The notes under the pieces are model-generated. The model was not told the DNA's origin. It saw only the letters and a list, made by a program, of their open reading frames with translations, and searched no databases. A stretch of 64,000 nt of DNA from Trichoplax adhaerens (Eukaryota; Animalia; Placozoa), in NCBI RefSeq assembly GCF_000150275.1, contig NW_002060965.1, forward strand, positions 310,001 through 374,000. The letters run 5' to 3'. The translations under genes and the position numbers were made by a program. The first letter of the stretch is position 1. The number at the start of each line of letters is the position of its first letter. Positions 52,785 through 64,000 of this stretch are shown one piece after another.

Positions 52785-54615
52785 TTAGTCGTCTCTTAAA
52801 TAATAAATGATGACAAGAAGAAGATGTAGTAAGGTATTTAATGTAATAAATAAAAACCGCTCGTAAAATGACGATAGGAAACAAAGCTGCAAAAGAATAA
52901 CCACTTAGCAGCCGCAGTAACCATAACGATAACGCCTTCATAAATTTTTTTTATATTTCCTAACAAGTATAAGACAAATACTTATAAAAAAACATGCATG
53001 TCCTATTCATAGGTAATTACAGTATTAATTATTAGAACCTGCTTTGAATCTTTGCTTTGTTCTTTGAAAGTCATCACTAAATTAGTGATAGGATCCTGAT
53101 GTGTTTTAGCGTTTGACAATATATAAGTTTCATGATGGCTATTAAATATTATGAAGAGAAATGAAATCTATTTTGCAAGAAAACCATAAAGCATTACGAT
53201 GAAATATTGACTCAAGCTGTAAAGGAGGTAAGAGATAAATTTCATTCACTACTATTAAATTTAAGCTATAGTTTCTACTCACTAGATATACCGTTAGAAT
53301 AATGGCTAACGGAATAAGAAAATATAAGTTGATGGTACCCTGCGATCCACAACTGTAACCAACATAAAAGTGAAACAATTAGATAAATAAAAATTGCTGT
53401 ATATAAGGTTAGCCAACAGAAATACCGGTAATTAAAAGATTAGAGTAAGCTCAATAATATAGCATAAATTTTCAGAACACGCTCTTATCATCGACGGTAT
53501 AAGATAATAGTAGTATTTATAAATTTTTATTTACATTTCTTTGCCAAAGACATTGATAATAGCGCTATAAATGCAAGATTTACTAAAATAGGCAATAACC
53601 ATCGGAACAGCAGGTATCACTAAAACAGTAATTAAGTTAGATTAGAAAATGATAATTTATATCTTGCTTAAATAAAAAGAGTAAAATTTATTTTTAATGG
53701 CGCTGCAAATATTAAATTTGACGATGAATTCATTTAAAATAAAGGATATTTAGTATGTTTAAAATTAGTATATACTCTGAATTCAATGCAATTAGGTTAT
53801 TTTTTGTTCGGATGCATTTTGCAAAGTTTGTACCTACGTCTGTGTAAGCGTAGCTATGTCGCAAGTATATTACAAATGCAATACTTAAGTATCATAGTAA
53901 TACTTGAAAATTCTCACTAATTAGATAAATCGAACTTACCCAATCTGATAATGATATATAGGAGTTTCCACCATCCATTATTGCCTATATGATGACCTTT
54001 TCGGTAGCAAAAACCATGAATGCAAGAGACAAACATACATGTAAAGTACGTTGTGACCAAATATTGTAACGCCATTCCTTTAGCCTTACATATCTATAGA
54101 TTTGATCAAAAACTTTTTAAAAGCCAATCAGCAGTAGAATGAATTTTTAACCTTTCACTTACTATATGACTTAAAATTTTCAAAATTAATCGTTTATAAT
54201 TTAGATTATGTGCCGTGTCAGCAATTTTAATGCTGCAATAGCATGAAAATGATAAAAGAGTAACGATCATAAGAGCTATTAACTGAGTATACAGAAAGGC
54301 TAGAAGCCGGCAAAAATTGAATAATTATGGTAATCATCACGTCAGTTAGTCCAAATGCTAGACTAAAATTGCTTCGCATCTTCCATTTCGCGCTATATGG
54401 TAAGCTTAAAGAATTATAAGTTGCCAGGTATTAATTTCAAGTGAAAGTATAGCAGATATTTTTAATTTATACAGGTAAATTTTGGAAATAACTTTCCTCA
54501 CCTTAACGTTAAATATATTCCCCAAACCACCAGAATACTCATTAAATTTATTCCACCCATGACAATATTAAAGTAATAAAATAACGATGAGCAAAGCAAT
54601 CGAATTTTATACTCT
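52785..54615 (-). pseudogene. Adhesion-type 7TM GPCR paralog, pseudogene
   Basis: Same exon structure as 39091-42017 (FNIVMGGINL; AKWKMRSNFSLAFGLTDVM; ICKAKGMALQY; IPAVPM; YFLIPL; WLFFCSFVSY). 1-bp deletion in the TM7 exon (~52850), TAA at 52785-52787 where the paralog has CAA, and CWL changed to CGS. Confidence 0.7.
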
Positions 54616-55427
54616 TGAATGATCCATTATAGTCCTTTAATGATTGCAATATGTAATATTAAGTATGCTTAATTAAAAGTGATTTGATTCTGTAAAATTT
54701 TGGTAAAATAAAGTTTTAGCTCCATCATTCGACTGAATACTTACATATAAATTATCTGCTATACAAGAAAGGGAATAAAATATGATAATGTTAATGATAG
54801 CCCTAAAATTCAAAAATCAACTTAATCAATTTTATAAGGTTGTGCTATAAATGCATTAACTAGAGCATCTAAAAAAGCTTAAATTTCCTTAAGTTTGTAA
54901 CTACTTGTTTTCTAATTCTTCGTATAATTTATACTTGGCCAATAATCGACAAAAAATGCTGGTAGCTGTAATTTTCAAATAGATGTTATTAAGCTACTTC
55001 CTTATAACAATCTCTAGTGTATTTCTAGTAATCGAGACAATCACTTGGCACAATATACCGCTAGTAAAGATAACGGGAAAATGATATGATATACGTGTAC
55101 CCTTTGCGCATGATCGTAACGGTTCTGTAGGAAGATTAGTAACAGACTAATAATTAATTTATAAAGGAATGGTAATTCAAGACATGATCTAGTCTTGCTA
55201 CAAGGAGCTCTATCTACAGTCTATAAGCTTAAACTGAAATGGAATGCAAAGTTAATTTCATCCCTTAAGCAATCGTTGACAGCATAAGGAGGCATTAGCA
55301 CCTATGGATAGATGTCTTAATCGGTGGAAAAGGAAGATATATTGGCATAGTCTACAATCAGCTCTTAATTAAGTTGATATCTTGGTTCTATTTACAAGCT
55401 ACGAAAGTGTGTAGAACTGGCTGCAAT

Positions 55428-58400
55428 ATGGGGTTGTCTTCTCAAGTTTTACAAGTTATCGATAAATACTATCAGAAATTAATTCATGAGATTCCATTAG
55501 CAGACCTCATTGATGACTTTGCAAGTAGGAATATTCTGTCAGAATATGAAGTCGAAGCATTTCATTTAGATTTACCGCCTATTGCAAAGCAATTTCAGCT
55601 GATAGCGATATTAAAACGCAAAGAGAGCTCTGATTTTTACCAGTTTTGTCAAGCCTTACAAAGCCATGCAACAGCATCCATTCGACAGTTAGGAGTAATG
55701 TTACAAAATGACAGTAATATAGTAGATTTGATAAGACAAGGTAATTTTGCAATAATTAAGGTGTAACTTTAACAGATGTATTAGTTAATTAGACTAAATA
55801 CTTAAATCAACCAACGCCTATAATGTAGTAAACTGTTTTAAATAAAGTCAAAATAGAGAATAGCATTCATAATCGATGTAACGCTAGAATGTTACCGGAA
55901 ATTGAAGCAATTTCCTAAATTATGTTCAGTTTTCTTTTTGTAACGTCCAATTTTTTTTTATCAAATGAATAGAGCAACTTAAAGATTCAACGTCCGGTAA
56001 GTAGTTAGAGACAGATCTTGCCTGTCAAGAATAAAGCTGTTGAAATGCAAGAATAATTATTTATTTCGACTGCAAATGCACCCAAGTACATAATGATTGA
56101 TTATTCAAAGTAGTAGCTTAGAATCTCAATAGAGACTGAATTTAATACCTGTTAAAGTACCAACTCTAATGACGCCACGTGCCAATATGTCTTGATCAGC
56201 ATTTCAATTATACTGCAGTTATGAAGTAATAACTTGTAGCGATTCAGAGATGCATAAGTAAAGCTGATATCATACTAAAAGCAGTTGCAGATAGAATGTG
56301 GAGTATCAATTCCGATCCAAACGAGCAAAAACCTTACTTTAAATGTGAACGGTAGTAATAAATTATTTTGTGGTATTGCCTAACTTAATTTCGTACTTAT
56401 GCCTTTACATCCTATAATTACAAGTAAAACTTTAGCAAGATTGTGTAGAATTTAATATAATAAAAATTTGCTATATCGTACTTAGTCCTGGTTCACCCTT
56501 TATAGCCTTACTCTTAAGATGCACAATTTTGCTCTAGAACGTCCACTTGATAGAACAGATCGTGGTCAAGCACCGTGTGTATGCAGTTTAGCACTATTCA
56601 CAATTACATAAACTTTTGTACAGTATTAGAAAATCTTTACAAGTCTTCTACCGCTACCCAATACGTATATTAAATGCTGTAGTAAATGAATAGAAGGCAA
56701 TTAATCCATAAGATTCTGTTTATCATTAGATTTTGACAGGATTTATAGTAACCCTATGGATTTACCATGTGAAAATATTACCGACAAAAATTTCCCCAAG
56801 TGGAAGATAACAGCGTAAGTTTGCTGAATGATGTCTAAATAAATTTCTATCATGCACCTATTGACTAAGCTTATTCCTAAACATGGCATAAAAACAGTTA
56901 TACTGATCGAAGAATTGCTGAAGATACCCGTCTATCATCTATGGCAATTGGAACAAGTAGGTGTGATGTTTCACCTAAATGCTATAAATCATCAGATGAA
57001 ATTTTAAAAATTATATCTAGCAACAACAACGCTACAAATGACGGTGAACTTGTGGTAAGATTAGTATTTTGATCCAATTCAACGTTACTTTAAAAGTGCT
57101 AAATTAAAGGTTTATGCGTACGATAAATTATCAGAAAATTCTGCCACTCAACCGCATGCTTTATACGGATTCCTTTTTACAGGTAACCGACTATCAAAGT
57201 ACTCAAACGACTTATAGACTGGAATTACCAAATATACTACTAAATCAAATATTAATATCATCGGACGGCAAATTTATAGCTTACTCCGTTGAAAGCGAAG
57301 ACAGTCAAGATCATTCCTCTAACCCAATTGATTCAGATAGTGATGAAGAAATCTATAATGTACGTTGAAATCTCATTTCCTTGATCATTCATTCAACTGT
57401 GGTACATACTTAGGAAATGAGCTAGATATATTTCAATGAAGAAGTATACAAAAATTTTTGATACATTCGTAAAATGACAAGAGCTGCATCTGCCCTAACA
57501 TTAGAAAGTAAAGAACTATTAGTTAATTTATCATTTTTCTTCATAGTTATTCTCAATAGTCCTTTACGACTCTGCAATACTCATACTAATATTAAAAACA
57601 CTTCAAAAACTAAATTTTACAACAAGTAATCTTTCAAATTATTTTGAAATATGCTCATTAATTGCTCATATGTCTTTCTTCCTATACGCAATAGATTAAA
57701 ATATAATCTTAACGCTAATAAAGTAGCAACAATAGGTCTTATCTAAAATATCCCTGTAATTAGATCGAAATGAAATCCGAAGAATGGAGAATTTATTGCA
57801 CCTGTACGAACCAGCAACTCCAGTTTATTCATCAAGATGGAAAGAAATCAATTTCCTTATTATGTCGTTTACTAGAAATTTACCCAGTAACATCCAGCTA
57901 TCCAATCTTGATGACGATATCATTGAATCAGCAAAATCTTAACGTAAGGAATACATAACTGTATGATAGACTGATATAGCCATATTCTTGCATTGGTCTG
58001 TATAAATCAACAAAAATTATGATAGATATCAAATATAATAAATATCAAGCTTTCTGCTAGACCTTAGTTTCTCAGCTTACTATAAAACAACTACGAATAT
58101 ATAATAATACTAAATCAAATTGAATCAAAATAATACCGTTTTAGGTAATTTCAAATATAACTGATCAAAATTAATAATAAAATATAGTAGATATCTGTCA
58201 ATATTGGTCCACAAAGTATCCACCTTAGCTTTATCCTATAATTAAGCAAATTTGAAAGTTGGATAATTTAAAATCAGATTAAATCAACATATGAGTATAC
58301 CAGCACGTGGATAATTTTAGAAATTAGTGATCATAATTCCGAATAACGTAAAGTTAATTCAAAGCATAATGCACTATTTTAGTCTTCTTCTTATCTAAGC

Positions 58401-61400
58401 AATTAAAAGCTTAGCAGCCTTACATTATTGCATTAATTTTAATCATTGTAGATTTGGGAAATACAAGATAAGAATATCAAGCAAACTCGACAGACCATTA
58501 TGGCTGCCCATTGCAAGATATTTGGATGTAGATTTATAGCTAATAGCAATAAAATTATCGTATGGTGGCCTATTGATAACCGAAATTTAATGCCGGCCGC
58601 GGAAGATTCTTCACTAAGCATTGAATCTTGCCAAATAGAAGTAATCTTAATCCTACGTAGAAACTTTTGCAGTAATCTACCCTTGATAAATTACGATATT
58701 AATTAAGTCATGCGATAATGATTTTACCAGATTTGGAATCTTAAAGACTGGCACCATCATCAATCATTTCAAGTCCTTTCCTCCATAAACTATTTAGATG
58801 ACAAAAATGGATTCGCCAAACCTAAAACGATAGATGACGGCAATTTATTAATGAAAGTCGAATATGTAGACCAGAATATTCCAATAATCGTACTAAAATA
58901 TGATAATTTACTAACCTATTTAGTGGTAGAAGATAATCAAACAAGCTTCATCGATTTTACTTCACAATTTACGACGTCGTTGCAGCTTTTACATAAATGT
59001 CATGATGCCCTTATCGAAAATCTAACCTTGTCCCATGATCATCGATTAATTGCATTCTCAACGAATTATGCCATTAATGTACGTTTGTAACACGTAATTC
59101 TAAGGTTTATGACATCTATTAAAGTGTGAAGGTTGCTTTTTTCTCATATTCACTTCCACAGCCTGATTGATACGTTACTTTTTAATTTATTCGCAAAGAA
59201 CAGATATTTAAGGTGGCTTGTGGAGGCATTCATTCCCATTTGACAATTGACACCATTGAAAATATATCAGAATTAATGTTTGTTCCAGATAGTAACCACT
59301 TGCTCACTTATAGCAATATTTTTAGCAATGTTTTATCTCGTTATGATATTACTGGTAAGGAAAAAATTATCATCACGTGGAATTACAATTTTTATATTCG
59401 GTAAATGTATATGAATTGAATCTCCATTTAGGAAAGCAGCATGGCTGGAAGAAAGGACTTAATCAACATAGTGGCAATTATGATCAGATAATCGTAGCTT
59501 CAAGTTGCACCTTTATAAATGGCATTCCTATTATTGCCTTATTAATAAGAAGTCATCCAAAGATTGATTATAAAGTATATGTAAGTTTCTTATAGGCTGA
59601 AATAAATCGAAGTCAAGTATATATTAAATCCGTTCTTTTATCTTATCAAATTTGCGATAAAATAATTATAGTTTGTGATCACTCAAAATACTTGAGGTAT
59701 TCTTTTTTACTATTATTGGCAGATTTATCAAGGCGAAACCCTGAAAGCTACTTCCAATTTTGCATTAGACCAAGAATATGACGACTGCTTCCTCTATAAT
59801 AATAATGACTCCATTAATCTTTACTACAGCCAGCATTGCGTAAATCAGCAAAGCTTAGAAGATAGTAAAAGTAAAGTTGAGCACCGGCACGTCAAAATCA
59901 AAGAGGCTAGTCAATAATCCTACTAGCTAACTTGAAAAATAAAAATGAATATTGATAATGTCACGATACCTATTTAGTTCCCTTATCGTACATCATAAGC
60001 CTACCATAGATTTTAGAAGTAAATTCAATTAATGCACCAATCCTCTGTTCAGTACGAGCGAAATCGATTCGATAGGAATAAATTAGAATTAACCAAGATC
60101 AAGAACTAAGTAACTTGAATATCCAACGATATAAAACTATATGATTCATTAAGTAAGAGATTAATTTGGTTCAAAAATCTCTGAGTTTTTATCGATCGTT
60201 TATAAACTAAATTAGTACATACTCAAACATAAGCTCAAGGATTATATCGACAATTTTTCAAACCTATAATTTGATGTTATCGCTCTATCTCAGATTAAGT
60301 GACAACTTAATGCATCACTAATAAATCACTAACATTTTTATTCTAATAGTTAACCGGATTGCAAACAAATCTACGTCAGAGAGGACAGTCTGAATTCAAA
60401 ATAAATACAGACTCCAATCAGTTATTAATACTCCAGTCAAGTTTTAGAGAATCTGATCAAACTTACCTATTTCTAATTTCAGCTCTGGTAAGTTAATATG
60501 AAACTATCATCAAGATAGCGCATTATTTGCCTTTTATTTAGTAAGATACTACTAAAAGACAATAAGATTTACTCTATTTCATTCTACTTTAGTTTGATGA
60601 TGACAGTGAACAGATCATTGTAGTTAAAATCAATTTTTCCCGTGAAGAAAAACATACAATCTATTTGGATGATACCGCAGCGCATCGATTTACTCAACTA
60701 ATTTACGCAGATTGTTACAATCTATTTATTCAACAAACGATCAGCGAAGGAGGCGATGAAAGTGTCATTAAAGTAAGCAAATATTAATAAGACGAATAAG
60801 ATTCTCCGAAATTTGAAGGTCTATCATGGGCCATAATCTTTAATTGCTGTACTTTTACTTCAGCATCAAATGAATCAATCTCATATGAGATATTATATCA
60901 AATTAGATTATTTGTATATTACTTTAACTATGTATATTCGCTTTAGTGGTACAAATTAGGTGATGGAATAACCTCAACACAATTGGTTAAATCTCACTAT
61001 TACAGCTCAATAGATGATGGAATAGCCTTTAAAATTACCATTCCTATTTCCAAGAGTGCAGATAGCATTAAAGTTAATTTATCACCACTGTATGTAGAGG
61101 ATCAAGATGAAATGATTAAAGAATGGGGGGAAAAAGAGGCTGATTTGTTTGTTAGTACGATAGAATTAATTGTATAATATTATGTTATTGAAATTGATTT
61201 ATGTGCCAGCTCATTTTTCAATACGATAGCACCATTACGTCTAAAGTATTCTCATAAATTCATCTCTAAGCTCAAGAATTGTCGGCGCTATGATCGTGAA
61301 CGCTTCTTGTTAAGCACAGAAAATGAATTTACGGTAACAACTCTACATTCACAGATAAATATTCTGATGTAAAAACAAATCAATTTTTTAGAGGACTGAT

Positions 61401-61712
61401 TAGTCCAATGTGTTGTTATAGATGTTTAACGGCCACCTCGTCCTGGTTATGAAAGGCTACGGCGAACAGACTCGAGAATTCACAGAATACTTTGAACTTA
61501 ATAGCTTGGAAAATTTAATCACATCGAAATACTTCATTATTGTGGATTGGATGAGTTACAAAATCTTAATCTATGATAATAAAACCCTTGCATTAATGCA
61601 GACTATTGAGGCACCAGCGATCAAACCTAAAACCATCATAGGCAATCAAGAGCAATCTCTTTTTATTTGTCAAACAGATAGCAAGCAATATTATATTATT
61701 AAGGCCTTATAA
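55428..61712 (+). CDS. Gene C: CARD + short linker + WD40-like propeller homologous to gene B, lacking NB-ARC
   Basis: Exon 55428-55740 is CARD-like (YYQKLIHEIPLADLIDDFASRNILSEYEVE...QLIAILKRK....FYQFCQAL). Downstream exons match gene B one by one (WKITA~WMIAG; SMAIGTSRCD~SKTIGTSQSD; ILISSDGKFIAY~VKISADGNWLAF; last exon IIGNQEQSLFICQTD~ILGNENQSSFICRTN). Only ~1 kb, with no Walker A/B, lies between CARD and propeller. One junction near 59905 is uncertain (possible GC donor). Confidence 0.75.
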
Positions 61713-63263
61713 AATTCAGCAAATTAGAGCTGATGTAGCATTTAATATTTATATATGAATAATCCTTTAATCGAGTTGAGCACCATGACCAATTGATCAC
61801 CGAATATGGATCATATTTATATATTGCATACTTTTAATATATACTTTAAGATCAGAATCAGATTTCATAGAGTCTTTTGTTAAATCTTTTAAATTCTGTA
61901 GTGACTTTTTTTTATATCGTATACATATTTATTCTATTGATATTATTATGAATATGCAACCTCTAAACAAACTAATGATTTAAGGAATTGGCAATAACAT
62001 TTAAGAAAATGCATCAGTAGAATCTCGTTTAATGCTAGCGTATTCTAAATCAGCATGAACAACCCATCCCCTCTGATTATAACGATGAAATAAATAGAAT
62101 AAGATAGAGCTTCAGATTTCGATATGTCACTACAGTGTATAGTAAAGTAGCGCTTAAAAGACGCGCTTGAGTAATTTAGAAAATAAATAAATTCTAATTT
62201 ATTCTTAATCAGTCATGGATTATTTTGCTTTGGTGTTGCAGCAATCTTAGATGTAATGTTGCATAATTGGTAATATTAAATTAAACGGACGGAAATCAAT
62301 TTCTCACTATATATCGAATATAGAGTAGCAGGAATTGAAATAGAATAACCTTGTCGCATTTGCATATTGTCATAGCTGATGGATTTAAATCAAATTACCA
62401 TCTTATCTGCCATTACAAATACTCGTATGCAATCTCTGCAGGCCATTGCCTATTCTTGAATAGTACTTTCAATCATTTTATCTGAACTTCGGTATGCAGA
62501 TTCCACACTTCAATCAAAAATTGATAGAGCAGATTAAAATCACTGTATACTTCCAATTCTGCGGCAGAATATCCCTAATATTGATTTAAATCATAGAGGC
62601 TATTGATCGTCAACTTTGGCTCAGTTCCCCATATGCACCTGACCGACAGTTACGAATTCGATCATGATGATAATATTACTCCTGTATATACCTAGAATTT
62701 AATTGATATCTCACCGGCAGATAATGCCCGCTTGCTCTTCAAGAAGGATCGAGCAATTTAGCGTAAAATAAATTCAACTTTAACAGAAGTTTAATAACCT
62801 ACAGGTTTGCATTAGGCAGCAAAAATCCATGGCAACTAAGCGGAAATAAAATACGCATGCGTATGCCACCATTGCTCTCCACGTCTCCAACTCTCCATGT
62901 CCCCTGTCCAGGTTCTACCTGAAGAAGTCGTCGGTCCTTTTATAACCTATAGTTCCACCATCGAGATGGAAATCAGGAATTAAAAATAAGTCAGGGGCCT
63001 AAGCATACAACCTAACTAAGTGATACAAGCCAAGAGAAGAACATTTTATACTTTATGCACCATAGCAAGCTTGAGTTTAGTCCAAGGTAGGTATGCAATG
63101 TCTATTCTAATAAGTCTTTGCAAAACAGCATCATGAATTTGTTTGTTTACTTTTTCGATGATAGTTCTTAAGCAACTCGGTTGTTCCAATAGAGTTCGGT
63201 AAAGAAATAATATTTTACCGCAGAGGTTGTCAAATTTTGAGGTATCCCTTGAGCAACTATCAG

Positions 63264-63873
63264 ATGGCATCATCAAGCTGGCTACAGCGAGGTAATAATC
63301 GTTTGCAAGGCTTGTTGCTAGATATATCTGGTGTTTTATACAATTCTGGCGTTTCTGGTGGTCAAGCAATTGATGGATCTGTAGAGGCTTTAGCAAGGTA
63401 TGAGTTCTAAAAAAAATTATCTGCTAGTTTCATACCCTTAACATTATGGAAAACTAGTAAGGCGGCTCATACTTAAACTTAATGCATAGCTTCCTTCCAT
63501 TGTGCAAAGCAAGCACGTATCATATTACAGTGTAATATTTGTCAAGAATTGCATCGGCTGGTGAAGTGTAACGCAATGTAGAATTAAGCATCAATCAAAT
63601 TCTGTGATATCTTAAACGAGTTGCATTATTCTCTAGAATACTCATGATTATTAATCTATAATTATAATTTATAATCATTTATCAGATTGAAGAAAGCACA
63701 TTTTCCCCTTAGATTGTGCACAAATGAATCTCAGTGTTCGATCGATACATTAGTTAAGAAATTACAACGTTTAGGATTTAATGTTCAGGAGGAAGATATC
63801 TATTCACCTATTAAAGCAGTTAAAAGTTTTTTGATAGAAAACTCACTACGCCCTCATTTGCTTGTACATCCAG
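63264..63873 (+). CDS. LHPP: LHPP (phospholysine phosphohistidine inorganic pyrophosphate phosphatase, HAD class IIA), exons 1-2; continues past the window
   Basis: Exon 63264-63397 MASSSWLQRGNNRLQGLLLDISGVLYNSGVSGGQAIDGSVEALAR; exon 63686-63873 LKKAHFPLRLCTNESQ...LQRLGF...LRPHLLVHP. LDISGVLY and CTNESQ are characteristic of LHPP. Confidence 0.9.
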
Positions 63874-64000
63874 GTAAGGCAATAATTGGCACCAATCTAG
63901 AATCAAGTATATTGAAATGCCATTAAATAAATTGTACTAATCCATTTTTATTTATCGTTTCCCCGAACGCTAACCCTTGTCTCTCCAATAAATTTAAATA

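Noticed and set aside
62370-62960. Slightly GC-richer, coding-like stretch upstream of LHPP
   Set aside because: Multiple stops in the frames examined and no family could be assigned.
63046-63396. 116-aa minus-strand ORF
   Set aside because: Overlaps LHPP exon 1 antisense; no recognisable features.
1-64000. CRISPR arrays, rRNA/tRNA genes, prokaryotic operons or defence systems
   Set aside because: The sequence is spliceosomal-intron-containing eukaryotic DNA; no repeat-spacer arrays or recognisable structural RNA genes were seen by eye.

Overview
AT-rich eukaryotic (animal) genomic DNA with short GT-AG introns. Composition, compact introns and gene content (APAF1-like NB-ARC/WD40 genes, adhesion-type 7TM genes) suggest an early-branching metazoan such as a placozoan, but that is inference. 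From left to right: solo LTRs; two intronless PAQR3-like genes (-); a non-autonomous Helitron; a putative cell-death/immune cluster; and the 5' end of LHPP. The cluster has three domain-shuffled genes. Gene A (9871-14403) is an unrecognised N-terminal domain X + coiled coil + Death domain, with a 1-bp frameshift. Gene B (18357-36578) is X + coiled coil + NB-ARC + divergent WD40-like propeller, with no CARD. Gene C (55428-61712) is CARD + the homologous propeller, with no NB-ARC. Two paralogous adhesion/secretin-type 7TM genes (one a pseudogene) lie between B and C. The most interesting signal is this candidate 'split apoptosome': a receptor and adaptor sharing a novel domain, plus a CARD-propeller protein without the ATPase. 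Exon models were built by eye and need RNA-seq confirmation.
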